From: Polyangiaceae bacterium
GTDB lineage: Bacteria; Myxococcota_A; Polyangia; Polyangiales; Polyangiaceae
Reading direction: 5' to 3'
DNA length: 45,061 bases
Assembly: GCA_044222475.1 (NCBI GenBank)
Contig: JBGANF010000058.1
Coordinates: 1-45,061 of the forward strand
Made by a program: the position numbers and the translations under genes. Position 1 is the stretch's first letter. Every line of letters begins with the position of its first letter. This document shows, one piece after another, positions 9,314 through 18,050 of this stretch. A model generated the notes under the pieces. That model worked only from the letters and a program-made list of their open reading frames with translations. It was not told the DNA's origin and searched no databases.

Positions 9314-9670
9314 ATGCGGCTTCTCTTTTCGGCCACCGCTGCGGTCGCCTTGTGCATCGGCTGCACGCACGACTTCGCGCAGTACGTTCCGACCGGGGAT
9401 GGCGGGAGCGGGGACGGATCCTCGCGTGACGCCGCCGACGGCTGTGCTCCGCCCCAAGGCTGCTTCGACACGGCGACCACCTGCGGCGGCCAGTGCAAGA
9501 ACCAGCGCGACACCTGCACGAATCAGTGCGGCGGCAACAACCAGTGCCGCAGCGCCTGCTTCAACACCGAGAAGACCTGCCGCACCAACTGCGCGACGAC
9601 CTGCGCGACGTGCACGACGAACGCCGGATGTCGTGCCGAGTCGCAGTGCACCACCGCGGCGAACAAATGA
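9314..9670 (+). CDS. Small 14-Cys lipoprotein, copy 1
   Basis: CIGC lipobox, THDFAQY, 14-Cys domain shared with the next two genes. Confidence 0.8.
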   Translation: MRLLFSATAAVALCIGCTHDFAQYVPTGDGGSGDGSSRDAADGCAPPQGCFDTATTCGGQCKNQRDTCTNQCGGNNQCRSACFNTEKTCRTNCATTCATCTTNAGCRAESQCTTAANK

Positions 9671-10086
9671 TGCGTCGGCTCGCCGTCGCCCTAGTGACGG
9701 TGGCTGCCGTCGGCTGCACCCAGGACTTCGGGGCGTACACGCCCACCGGCGACGCCGGCGCGGCCGACGCCGACGCAAGCTCCTCGGTCGACGCCGGGAA
9801 GGACGTGTCGACGGTGACCGACGCCACGACCGACGTCGCTCCCGACGCGGGCTGCACGCCGCCGAACGGCTGCTTCACGACCGCGGGCGCGTGCAAAGAC
9901 CAGTGCAACTCGCAGCGAGACACGTGTCGCAACGGCTGCCAGCAAGGCAACCCCGGCAGCGCGTGCCGCGCAGCGTGCGACGCGACGCGGGACACGTGCC
10001 GGAGCGGTTGCGAAACGGCATGCAACACGTGCACGACGAACGCGGGCTGTCCCGCGCCGTCTCAATGCAAGAGCGCAGTGAACTGA
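9667..10086 (+). CDS. Small 14-Cys lipoprotein, copy 2
   Basis: ATGA overlap with copy 1. AVGC lipobox, TQDFGAY, same Cys spacing. Confidence 0.8.
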   Translation: MMRRLAVALVTVAAVGCTQDFGAYTPTGDAGAADADASSSVDAGKDVSTVTDATTDVAPDAGCTPPNGCFTTAGACKDQCNSQRDTCRNGCQQGNPGSACRAACDATRDTCRSGCETACNTCTTNAGCPAPSQCKSAVN

Positions 10087-10101
10087 AGTGGGGGGTCGTC
10101 G

Positions 10102-10500
10102 ATGTTCTTTCGAGTGATGATGTCCGTGCTGGCGGTCCTGTGCATCGGCGGATGCACTCAGGACTTCGCCCAATACACGCCCACCGCCGACGGCGCCGCG
10201 GATGGGACCGCCGCGGCGGACGCCGCGGGCGATGCCGCGAAAGACGGGGCGATCGACGCCACCTCCGACGGCGGCTGCACGCCGCTGGGCAGCTGCTTCA
10301 ACACCGCGAAGAACTGCTCCGACCAGTGCAAGAACCAGAGCGACACGTGCAAGAATCAGTGTGGAAGCAACAACACGTGCAAGCAGGCGTGCATCGCGAC
10401 GGAGAACACCTGCACCACCGGTTGCGCGACCGCATGCGTGACCTGCACGACGAACGCAGGGTGCGCGGCGCCGACGCAGTGCAACAACGCCATCAACTGA
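10102..10500 (+). CDS. Small 14-Cys lipoprotein, copy 3
   Basis: IGGC lipobox, TQDFAQY, same Cys spacing. Confidence 0.8.
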   Translation: MFFRVMMSVLAVLCIGGCTQDFAQYTPTADGAADGTAAADAAGDAAKDGAIDATSDGGCTPLGSCFNTAKNCSDQCKNQSDTCKNQCGSNNTCKQACIATENTCTTGCATACVTCTTNAGCAAPTQCNNAIN

Positions 10501-10502
10501 GC

Positions 10503-11768
10503 TCAGGGCTTGGCGAGGCGCACGACCACGCGCCCGCTGCCGCCGGGCTTCGCGACGACGGCGTTCGGATCGTCGGTGCCGTCGCCGCCCACGCCCACGC
10601 CCGCGGCGTAGTCGGGATCAGTGGTGAAGGGCGCTTTTCCCGTGCCGGCCTTGATTGCCGCATCGGCGCCGCCGTCCATCACGTAGGCGCTGCCGCCGCC
10701 GCCGCCGCCGCCGGTCGACGAACTACCGGCGCCACCACCGCCGCCGAAGTAGCCGCCACCGCCGCCACCTCCGTACTGACCTCCGCGGCCGCCCCCCGGC
10801 GCGGCGCCGTTCCCGCTGGGGAACCGCCCATCTCCGCCGTCCAAGCTGGAGCCCGCGCTCCCCACGCTGTTGCCTCCGCAGTTGGCCCCGACGCCGCCCG
10901 CGACCTGCGAGCCGCCCGTCGCGGGTCCGCAACCGCCACCGTTTCCGCCCGACGCACCACCTCCCGCGCCGCCGCTGCCGGTCATTCCACCGCCGCCGCC
11001 GGCACCCGCGATGAGCCACCAGGTCCCCGTCCCGTCGCGGAGCCCGGAGAAGCCGCCACCGCCGCCGCCGCCGTAGCCGTTGCTCCGTAGTCCCCCGGCG
11101 CCGGCGACCGCGACGAGTGTGCTGTTGGGCGTCACCACGAACCGCGCGGACGCGAAGCCTCCCGCGCCTCCGCTCCCGCACGTGCTCGGTGGACTCTGGT
11201 AGCCGCCGCCGCCGCCCGCGCCCCACGCCTTCACGTCGATGGCGTACGCGAAGTCAGGGATGGTGATCGTGCCTCCATCGGCGACTGGGAGCTGGCTCCC
11301 CACGAGAAGGGTGAGGGGTTGGTCGTGGGGTTTCCCCTTAGCCGGCGTGCCCGTGACGACGATGTTGAAGACCCCGTTCGAGACGCCGACACCCTTTGGG
11401 ATCGTCAGCACCTGGAAGGACGTCGTCGTCCCACCGACGTCGACATCCTGCGGTACTCCCAAATACTGCGCCGCAAGATTGCCGGACGTGACCTTGAACG
11501 ACACGCGCTCGTTGAAGTTCTTGCCGCGGACGATCGTGACTCCGATGGTGGTCCCCGGGTCGTCGAGGTCGGTCGTCACATGCGCTGGCGTGAGCCGGAT
11601 CGCGAAGTCGTCGTCGAGCGGCGGCGCGTCGAGTGAGCCATCCGCGGATGCGTCCGATCCCGACGTCGTCAGGCCTCCGAGATCCGTGACGAGCGAACAG
11701 GCCGCCACGAACGCGACGGACATCGCGAGCGCGACACCCAGCGTTCGAAGCGCGACGGCCGACCTCAT
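10503..11768 (-). CDS. Lipoprotein with Ig-like region and glycine-rich C-terminal domain
   Basis: VAAC lipobox. VKAWGAGGGGG...GGAGGF...VAGAGG...GGGGGGYFGGGGG...GGSGRVVV glycine-rich domain pattern. Confidence 0.8.
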   Translation of the reverse strand: MRSAVALRTLGVALAMSVAFVAACSLVTDLGGLTTSGSDASADGSLDAPPLDDDFAIRLTPAHVTTDLDDPGTTIGVTIVRGKNFNERVSFKVTSGNLAAQYLGVPQDVDVGGTTTSFQVLTIPKGVGVSNGVFNIVVTGTPAKGKPHDQPLTLLVGSQLPVADGGTITIPDFAYAIDVKAWGAGGGGGYQSPPSTCGSGGAGGFASARFVVTPNSTLVAVAGAGGLRSNGYGGGGGGGFSGLRDGTGTWWLIAGAGGGGGMTGSGGAGGGASGGNGGGCGPATGGSQVAGGVGANCGGNSVGSAGSSLDGGDGRFPSGNGAAPGGGRGGQYGGGGGGGYFGGGGGAGSSSTGGGGGGGSAYVMDGGADAAIKAGTGKAPFTTDPDYAAGVGVGGDGTDDPNAVVAKPGGSGRVVVRLAKP

Positions 11769-11801
11769 GACGTCAGTCTATCGCCAAAGCGATCGAGTGT
11801 C

Positions 11802-12392
11802 CTACGCGGAGGCCTCGTTCAAGAGCTCCAGCATCCGGTGGGTCAGGCCCCACACGATGCGTCCTTCGATCTCGAACGACGGGAGCTGATAGATGACGCC
11901 GTTCCAGTCGTAGGGAAACGGCTTCCGCCCTTCGCCGCGGAGCAGTGGTCCGAGCGGCGCCCACAAGGTCTCCGCGACCTCTTCGTTCGGCGTGAGCGCG
12001 ACGTCGCCACGAACGACGAACACGAACGGAACGACGACGAGATCCAGCGCCTTGCTCTTCGACATCGCTTGGACGCCGGGCAAACGCGCGACGAGATCGC
12101 CGTGACGACCGAGGTCGAGCGCGAGCTCTTCGTTCGTCTCGCGGATGGCGGTCGAGAGCAGCGTCGGGTCCGCGGTGTCGCGCCGGCCGCCGGGGAACGC
12201 CATGTGCCCGGACCATGGATCGCCCTCCCGCTCGGCGCGACGAATGAAGAGGATCTCGCCGGCGTCGGGTCCAGGGCGAAGCACGGCCGCGACGGCGGCT
12301 CTCGGGCCCGCGTCGTCCTCGGCGGCGGTCGTCCCGTCGCGTGCGTTGCGCTGCAGGCGCTTCAGCAAGTCGTCGAAGTCCACTCCCCGCAC
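11802..12392 (-). CDS. Nudix hydrolase, CoA pyrophosphatase (NudL/PCD1-like)
   Basis: AAVAAVL, RAEREGDPWSGHMAFPGG, AIRETNEEL Nudix box, IVWGLT. Confidence 0.9.
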   Translation of the reverse strand: MRGVDFDDLLKRLQRNARDGTTAAEDDAGPRAAVAAVLRPGPDAGEILFIRRAEREGDPWSGHMAFPGGRRDTADPTLLSTAIRETNEELALDLGRHGDLVARLPGVQAMSKSKALDLVVVPFVFVVRGDVALTPNEEVAETLWAPLGPLLRGEGRKPFPYDWNGVIYQLPSFEIEGRIVWGLTHRMLELLNEASA

Positions 12393-12421
12393 CCATAGCC
12401 GAAAAGCGGTATCCTGTTCGA

Positions 12422-12925
12422 ATGAAGCGGATGAAGCATCTCGTCGTGCTCGCGTTCGTCGCCGCCGCCGTGGCGTGCGGCACCTCTTCGGATCCGCCGC
12501 AGGACCTCACCGGCACGTACACGGTCGCGGTCACCAGCAAAGAGAACGGCTGCAACTTCCAGAACTGGAACGTCGGGCAGAGCACGTCGGGCATTCCGAT
12601 GGTGGTCACGCAGCAGGGCTCGAACGGGATCACCGCCGTCATCCAGGGCGCGGCCGGCGCGTATCTCACGCTCATCCTCGGGACCGCGACGTTCACCGGG
12701 AGCGTCTCCGGTCCGACGGGCACGCTCACCGCGACCGGAACGCGCTCCGGCAACCAAGGCAACTGCGCGTTCACCGTCAACGCGAACATGACGATCACCC
12801 TCGCGGGCAACGCGATCAACGGCTCGATCGCCTACGCGCCGAAGACGAACGGTGGCACCGACTGCGGAGTGCTCAACGCCTGCTCGTCGCGCCAAGATCT
12901 GAGCGGAAGCCGGCCCCCGAAGTAG
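12422..12925 (+). CDS. Hypothetical beta-rich lipoprotein
   Basis: MKRMKHLVVLAFVAAAVAC lipobox, GC3-rich codon usage. Confidence 0.75.
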   Translation: MKRMKHLVVLAFVAAAVACGTSSDPPQDLTGTYTVAVTSKENGCNFQNWNVGQSTSGIPMVVTQQGSNGITAVIQGAAGAYLTLILGTATFTGSVSGPTGTLTATGTRSGNQGNCAFTVNANMTITLAGNAINGSIAYAPKTNGGTDCGVLNACSSRQDLSGSRPPK

Positions 12926-12951
12926 ACGTCCCGACCTCGGGACACTCTCGG

Positions 12952-13086
12952 AGAGAGAGGACAGGAAGGGCGGAAGAACGGGAAGGATTTGGGGCTTGTC
13001 CTCGATGCAGATCCCGCGCGGAGGGTTTGCCTCGAGGACACGCCCCTCTGATCTTCCCGGCCTTCCGCCCTTCCTGTTCTCTCTCT
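12952..13086. repeat. 135-bp intergenic hairpin (REP-like palindromic element)
   Basis: Outer arms 12952-12986 and 13052-13086 (31/35 complementary). Inner arms GGGGCtTGTCCTCGA / TCGAGGACAcGCCCC and GCAGATCC / GGGTTTGC. Confidence 0.8.
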
Positions 13087-13142
13087 GGGTGACGCGGATG
13101 TATCCGGCGTTGTCCCTGGAATTTCCCAAGGAAAGCCACAGG

Positions 13143-13151
13143 TTATCCACA
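13143..13151 (+). promoter_or_regulatory. Perfect DnaA box
   Basis: TTATCCACA, about 50 bp upstream of the ATG at 13200. Only one perfect copy seen. Confidence 0.55.
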
Positions 13152-13199
13152 GCGGCGCCTCTTGCGCCCGCGCGCGCGGCCATCTATGCGTCTCGCCCC

Positions 13200-13829
13200 A
13201 TGAGGACGAAGACCGACGCCGAGCTCGCCGCCGCAGAGGCCGCACACCAAGACGATCCCGAGCGCGCCGAGCTCATCGCGCGCACCCGCCGCTTCAAGGC
13301 GAGCTGGATCGAGCTCGCCGAGGCGCTCACGCACGTGCGAAACAAGGCGACGTGGCGTCGCTTCGGCTTCGAGAGCTTCGAGGCCTACACGCAAAAGGAG
13401 CTGAAGCTCCGCCCCGAAACCGTCGACAAGCTCACCGGCTCGTTCGCGTTTCTCCAGAAGCGTGCGCCGCAGGTCCTCCAGCGCGACGGCATCGACGAGT
13501 CGATCCCCACGTACCAGGCCGTGGACTTTCTCCGCCGCGCCGAAGAACGCGACGAGGCTCCGGCGGACGTGGTCACGGCGCTCCGCAAGAAGGTCCTCGA
13601 CGACGTCGTGCCGCTCCCGTCGGTCGCGCGCGAGTTCAAGGCGACCGTCTTCCCCGAGACCGAGGACGAGAAGAAGAAGAAGGACATGGCGTCGCTGAAG
13701 CACGCCGCCGGTCGGCTTCGCGAAATGTTGCAAGATACACGCGTCGTGTCGAAGCGGCTCGCCGGTGACGTGACGGTAGCGCTCGACGAGCTCCTGGGAG
13801 CGCTCACCTCGGAGTCCCGCGCCGCGTGA
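13200..13829 (+). CDS. Hypothetical helical protein, possible DNA-binding (DUF3102-like N-terminal pattern)
   Basis: RFKASWIELAEAL...WRRFGFESFEAYTQKELKLRPETVDKL. Typical codon usage. GTGA overlap with uppP. Family call from recollection only. Confidence 0.75.
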   Translation: MRTKTDAELAAAEAAHQDDPERAELIARTRRFKASWIELAEALTHVRNKATWRRFGFESFEAYTQKELKLRPETVDKLTGSFAFLQKRAPQVLQRDGIDESIPTYQAVDFLRRAEERDEAPADVVTALRKKVLDDVVPLPSVAREFKATVFPETEDEKKKKDMASLKHAAGRLREMLQDTRVVSKRLAGDVTVALDELLGALTSESRAA

Positions 13830-14614
13830 CGCCGCTGCTCGCGATTCTGTACGGCATCGTCGAGGGCGTGACGGAGTACCTCCCGGTGTCGTCGACCGGG
13901 CACCTGATCCTGCTCGCCCACCTGCTCGATCGCGAAGCCGGCTCGTTCGAGATCGTGATCCAGTTCGGCGCGATCCTCGCCGTGTTGGTCCACTACCGAG
14001 GCCTCCTCGCGGAGCGCTTCCGCGGGCTCTTTCGGCGCGACCCGCGTTCGCGCGCGCTGGTCGTGGCGCTCGTCGTCGGCTTCCTGCCGATGGCGATCGT
14101 GGGGTTCGCCGTCGGCAAGAAGGTGAAGGAGGCGCTGTTCTTTCCGGTGCCAGTGGCCGTCGCGCTGATCGTCGGCGGGCTCCTCATGATCGGCGTCGAG
14201 CGCCTTCGTCGCGGGGCGGACGCGGTGTCCACCATCGACGACGTGACGCCGCGGCAGGCGCTCGTCGTGGGCCTCGGTCAGTGTCTCGCCTTGTTCCCCG
14301 GCGCGTCGCGATCGATGTGCACGATCGTCGCCGGTCGCTTCGCCGGCATGTCGCGGATGGCGGCGGCCGAGTTCTCGTTCCTCCTCGGGCTCCCGACACT
14401 CGGGGCCGCGACCGCGTACTCCGCGCTGAAATCGCGGCACGAGCTGATGCACGACATCGGTCTCGCGAACGTCGGCATCGGGATGGTCGTCTCGTTCTTC
14501 GTCGCGTGGGGCGTCGTCGCCGTGTTCCTTCGCTACTTGACGAAGCGCGGGCTCGAGCCGTTCGGCGTGTATCGCATCGTCCTCGGCATCGTGGTCCTCC
14601 TGGCGCTGCGGTGA
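13826..14614 (+). CDS. uppP: Undecaprenyl-diphosphate phosphatase
   Basis: GIVEGVTEYLPVSSTGH, IQFGAILAV, GQCLALFPGASRS, AAEFSFLL, FGVYRI. Confidence 0.96.
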   Translation: MTPLLAILYGIVEGVTEYLPVSSTGHLILLAHLLDREAGSFEIVIQFGAILAVLVHYRGLLAERFRGLFRRDPRSRALVVALVVGFLPMAIVGFAVGKKVKEALFFPVPVAVALIVGGLLMIGVERLRRGADAVSTIDDVTPRQALVVGLGQCLALFPGASRSMCTIVAGRFAGMSRMAAAEFSFLLGLPTLGAATAYSALKSRHELMHDIGLANVGIGMVVSFFVAWGVVAVFLRYLTKRGLEPFGVYRIVLGIVVLLALR

Positions 14615-15441
14615 GCTTCGCGCTGTTCGAGGTACTGTGTGTCGTCGTGATCGTCGCGACGCTCGGCGCGATGTCGCGAAGTCAGCCGGTGGTGACGCTC
14701 CTTCGGGACTACGCGGTGCTCGCGGTCGCCGCGTGGATCGGCGAAGAGACGTGCGTCGCGTTGTACCGCTTCTACGCGTACGCGCCGGGTTGGCATCTCC
14801 ACGTCGATCGCGTTCCCATCTTGGTACCGCTGATCTGGCCGCTGGTCGTGCTCTCGGCGCGAGAGGTCGCGGCGGTCGTGGTTCGGAGCGCGTCGCCGAT
14901 TCGGCATGCGATCGTGGCGGGGGCGATCGTCGCGTTCGATGCGTCGCTCGTCGAGGTCGTCGCGGTTCGGGCGAACCTCTGGAGTTGGAGCGAGCGTGGA
15001 CATCTCGGCGTCCCGTTGATCGGCATCCTCGGTTGGGGCTGGTTCGCTGCGGGTGCGCTTGCCTCGAAGCAGCGCACCTTCGCCGTCGTCGTCGGACCGC
15101 TGGTGGCTCACGCGGGAATTCAAGCCATGTGGTGGCTCTGCTTTCGTTGGGTGCTCCGCGGTGAGCTCGGTGGGTACGGCTTCGTCCCGATCGGCGCGGC
15201 GTCGCTCGCGTTCGCGGTGGTGGCCGTTCGCTCGAGACTCGCCGGGCGCGCGATGACGCCATCGATCTGGGGACCACGCGTCCTCGCGGCGGTTCTGTTC
15301 GTCGGGCTCCTCGTCGCGACCGCGCCGCGCGACGGTGCACTTTGGCTGCACGTCGCCCTCGTCGCCGTTCCCTATCTCGCGCTCACGTCGGTCAGAGACA
15401 CCCGTTCTTCGCGCCGGGCGTCGGTGTCGTCTGGACCTTGA
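14611..15441 (+). CDS. Integral membrane protein, CruF/DUF422 (carotenoid biosynthesis protein)-like
   Basis: GTG start overlapping the uppP stop. Multiple TM helices with E..C...YRFYAY, VPILVPLIW, D...E..AV...LWSW, GVPLIGILGW pattern. Confidence 0.65.
   Translation: MSFALFEVLCVVVIVATLGAMSRSQPVVTLLRDYAVLAVAAWIGEETCVALYRFYAYAPGWHLHVDRVPILVPLIWPLVVLSAREVAAVVVRSASPIRHAIVAGAIVAFDASLVEVVAVRANLWSWSERGHLGVPLIGILGWGWFAAGALASKQRTFAVVVGPLVAHAGIQAMWWLCFRWVLRGELGGYGFVPIGAASLAFAVVAVRSRLAGRAMTPSIWGPRVLAAVLFVGLLVATAPRDGALWLHVALVAVPYLALTSVRDTRSSRRASVSSGP
14813..14827. repeat. Dispersed 15-bp palindrome copy 3 (TTCCCATCTTGGTAC, 1 mismatch)
   Basis: Encodes VPILVP with GTT/TTG/GTA codons. Confidence 0.6.
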
Positions 15442-16315
15442 AGGTCTGGTCCAGCGCTTCGCTGGTTTCGTCGTGACCGAGGAGGCCGTTGCCGCCGCTC
15501 GTCTTCTCTCCGGTCTCGATCGCCGAGCATCGCTCGATGCTCTGCAACACGCCGGGTGGGATCGCGGCCTTCTGGCTCGCCGGTGCCGTGTCGGGCTGGT
15601 ACCCGCTCGCAGCAGTCTTGTCGGCGCGTGTCTCGGCGTCGAACACCGTGCCCCACGTGACGTAGTCGACGTCCTTGACGGTCGGCCCACCCGTCCATTG
15701 GAAGAGAACGACCATCTCGCGATCGTTGGACAAGCCGACGCTGGCGCCGATGCCCCCGTTCGTCGGCGCGAGCATCGCCTTGGCCACCCCATTGGTGCAG
15801 GTGAGCGGAGTCGTCGAGAGGATGTAGTCCGGGCACTTCGAGAACTGCGCCTCGAAGGTCGGGCTCGTCGCGATCGAGATCGCGGCGCCGGGAGCGAGCG
15901 TCGCGCCGACCGGGAACTGTGCGAGGAAGTCGGTCCCGGGGGTGGCGAGCGGCGGGTTCCACGGCGTGCCGGCCGCGATTCGGAAGTACGTCGCGTTGTC
16001 GGAGAGGAAGTAGCTGCCGAGATCGACCGCGGCCGAGCCTGCGTTGTAGATCTCGATGAACTCACCCGCCGCAGGCGCGACGCCGATCTCCGAGATCACC
16101 AGGTGACCGGCAACCGAAGCGTCGCCGCCACCGGTGTCGGGCCCGCCGCCATCGGAGGGCGGCGCGTCCGAGCCGACGTCGCTCGACGCGTCCGTCGTGC
16201 CGGCGTCGATCTTGGGCAAGGTCGTGGTGCCACTGCCGCACGACGCAGCGGCCAGAGCGACGAGGGTGCCGAGTGCCGTCCCGCAGACTGCCCGTAGGCT
16301 CAGGTATGTGCGCAC
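15392..16315 (-). CDS. Lamin-tail domain (LTD) lipoprotein
   Basis: AASC lipobox, HLVISEI...EFIEIYN.G...VDL..YFLSD, C-terminal PTPGAKN. GTG start inferred. Confidence 0.8.
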   Translation of the reverse strand: MRTYLSLRAVCGTALGTLVALAAASCGSGTTTLPKIDAGTTDASSDVGSDAPPSDGGGPDTGGGDASVAGHLVISEIGVAPAAGEFIEIYNAGSAAVDLGSYFLSDNATYFRIAAGTPWNPPLATPGTDFLAQFPVGATLAPGAAISIATSPTFEAQFSKCPDYILSTTPLTCTNGVAKAMLAPTNGGIGASVGLSNDREMVVLFQWTGGPTVKDVDYVTWGTVFDAETRADKTAASGYQPDTAPASQKAAIPPGVLQSIERCSAIETGEKTSGGNGLLGHDETSEALDQTFKVQTTPTPGAKNGCL

Positions 16316-16382
16316 GCGGGAAGCGTCCCCCGAACCGGCGGCCTGGTCCAGCGGAATGGGGCGCAACGATCGTGGTCGGTGC

Positions 16383-16976
16383 TCACTTCTTGGTGCAGAG
16401 CTTGAGCGCCTGGTTGCAGGTCTCTCCGGTCGAGCAGTCGGTGAACGAATCGCACGGGGCGCCCAGACACGAGTGCGCGTTGTCGAAGCACTGGCCGATC
16501 TTCTCGTTGCAGCTGTAGCCGGTCGGACAATCCGTGAACGACTTGCACGAGCCGGCGTAGCACCTCGGATCGGCCATCGCGGATGCACACTTCGTCATCG
16601 CGGTGCCGGACTCCGCGCACTGCGGGTCGGTCACGTAGACGTCGTTGAACTGGCAGGTGAGCGCGCTCGCGTTCTTGCCCTTCAGACACGACCAGCCCTT
16701 TTCGATGTAGGAGGCGCAGCCGCGCTGCGCGCCGAGATCGAACGCCTGCGTGCAGGCCGAGAGGTGGCCCGGGGTGTTCTCGGCGCCCGGGCAGTTCTTC
16801 GCGAGGAGGAAGTTGCAGACGTCGGCGGACGAGACCGTGGTGGTCCCGGCGTCTTTCGAGGTCGACGTTTCCGCGCCTCCGGCGTCGTCGTCTGCCGGCG
16901 TCGGGTTCGAGGGTGCCCCCGCGCTGCACGCGGTGGCGAGGGAAAGGACGAGGGTGGTGAGGATTCGGACCTTCAT
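16383..16976 (-). CDS. Cys-rich lipoprotein
   Basis: MKVRILTTLVLSLATAC lipobox and two C..FTDC..G..CN repeats. Confidence 0.75.
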   Translation of the reverse strand: MKVRILTTLVLSLATACSAGAPSNPTPADDDAGGAETSTSKDAGTTTVSSADVCNFLLAKNCPGAENTPGHLSACTQAFDLGAQRGCASYIEKGWSCLKGKNASALTCQFNDVYVTDPQCAESGTAMTKCASAMADPRCYAGSCKSFTDCPTGYSCNEKIGQCFDNAHSCLGAPCDSFTDCSTGETCNQALKLCTKK

Positions 16977-17079
16977 GGGCTTACGGTGTAAGTCATGTGG
17001 GTGCATGTCGTCATCAAGAATCGACGATCGAGCCAAATTTTCGGCTCTCCGTCCGACATTCGGCCGACATTTCGAGCAT

Positions 17080-18036
17080 TTACAACGTAAATGCCGGCAG
17101 CATCACGTTGTCGGGTAGGCCCGCGCGTGACCAGACCCACGTGCCGACCAAGAACAGCACGAGCTCGGCGCTTCCGAGGTGCGTCAGCCAAATGCAATCC
17201 GGCGTGGTGAGCCCGCGCTTCACTCGCCGGCGATAGAAGAGGAGCTGCGCGAGCGGCGCAGCGAGCATGAGGAGCTCACGAACGCCGAGGTGGCGGGTGA
17301 AGAATCCGACCACGAGCACCACCACCGAAGCACCGAGCAACGCATCGATGATCTGCGTCGACGTTCGCGAGCCGTGGACCACCGGATAGGTCGGCACGCC
17401 CTCCGCGGTGTCGCCCTCGACGTCGCGCAGATCGTAGAGAATCTCGAACGTGAGCTCGTACGGGACGAAGAAGAGCATCAGCGTCGCCACCGTGACGAAG
17501 CTCGCCGCGCGCGCCTCGGGGACGGCAGCGAGCGGATACGCGAAGCACGTCAGCACGAAGAGCACCGCCGAGCCGAAGTTCTTGAAGAAGTACATCTCCT
17601 TGAACCGGCTCATTCGGATCCCGACCGGCGCCGGCTCTCCCGGGCGCGGCCACCGCAGCGACGCCGGCGCGGGGACGACTCGGTAGTTGTAAGCTACACC
17701 GATCGCCTGGGCCGCGACGCGGTAGAGCAGCAAGCCGGGGAACCACACGAAGGTGATCGCGAGCGTCGTCACCAGGACGGCGAGGCAGAGCGCGAAGAGC
17801 GCCCCCTGCGCGCCTCGTACGCGCGCCGTTCCGGGGATCGCGTTCTTCTCGTCCTCGGCGAGGTCGGTGATGCGGTTGAGGAGGTTGATGACGAACCAGT
17901 CGGCGCCGCAGAGCAGCGCAACGACCCACAGGTAGCGCCCGGTGAAGATCCACCCGAACGTCACGCAGGCCGTCATCGCCACGAGGACGATGTGGTAGCG
18001 CACGATCATCAGGTAGTCGCCGAGCCGTCCTTGCAC
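17080..18036 (-). CDS. UbiA family prenyltransferase
   Basis: Asp-rich motifs NRITDLAED..N and YDLRDVEGD, YNY, FFKN, GVPTYPV, multiple TMs. Start GTG 18036 or ATG 18009. Confidence 0.88.
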   Translation of the reverse strand: MQGRLGDYLMIVRYHIVLVAMTACVTFGWIFTGRYLWVVALLCGADWFVINLLNRITDLAEDEKNAIPGTARVRGAQGALFALCLAVLVTTLAITFVWFPGLLLYRVAAQAIGVAYNYRVVPAPASLRWPRPGEPAPVGIRMSRFKEMYFFKNFGSAVLFVLTCFAYPLAAVPEARAASFVTVATLMLFFVPYELTFEILYDLRDVEGDTAEGVPTYPVVHGSRTSTQIIDALLGASVVVLVVGFFTRHLGVRELLMLAAPLAQLLFYRRRVKRGLTTPDCIWLTHLGSAELVLFLVGTWVWSRAGLPDNVMLPAFTL

Positions 18037-18050
18037 GGCGGGGGAGTCTA

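Noticed and set aside
12928..12943. GTCCCGACCTCGGGAC as another copy of the 15-bp motif
   Set aside because: It has a 4-nt spacer and CCG/CGG half-sites, and is better explained as a hairpin after the stop codon. Half-sites at 11388 and 24371 also have three or more mismatches.
13087..13199. Possible oriC
   Set aside because: Only one perfect DnaA box, no AT-rich unwinding element, and no dnaA/dnaN/gidA nearby.
13385..15340. Long antisense or alternate-frame ORFs (e.g. 13385..15340, 14533..16065, 37041..38936, 9399..11090, 6733..8355)
   Set aside because: Arg/Ala/Pro-rich shadow frames overlapping well-supported genes. They are expected from stop-codon scarcity at high GC.
943..18036. P450, CruF-like and UbiA genes as one biosynthetic cluster
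   Set aside because: They are scattered among unrelated genes in separate transcription units, with no core synthase present.
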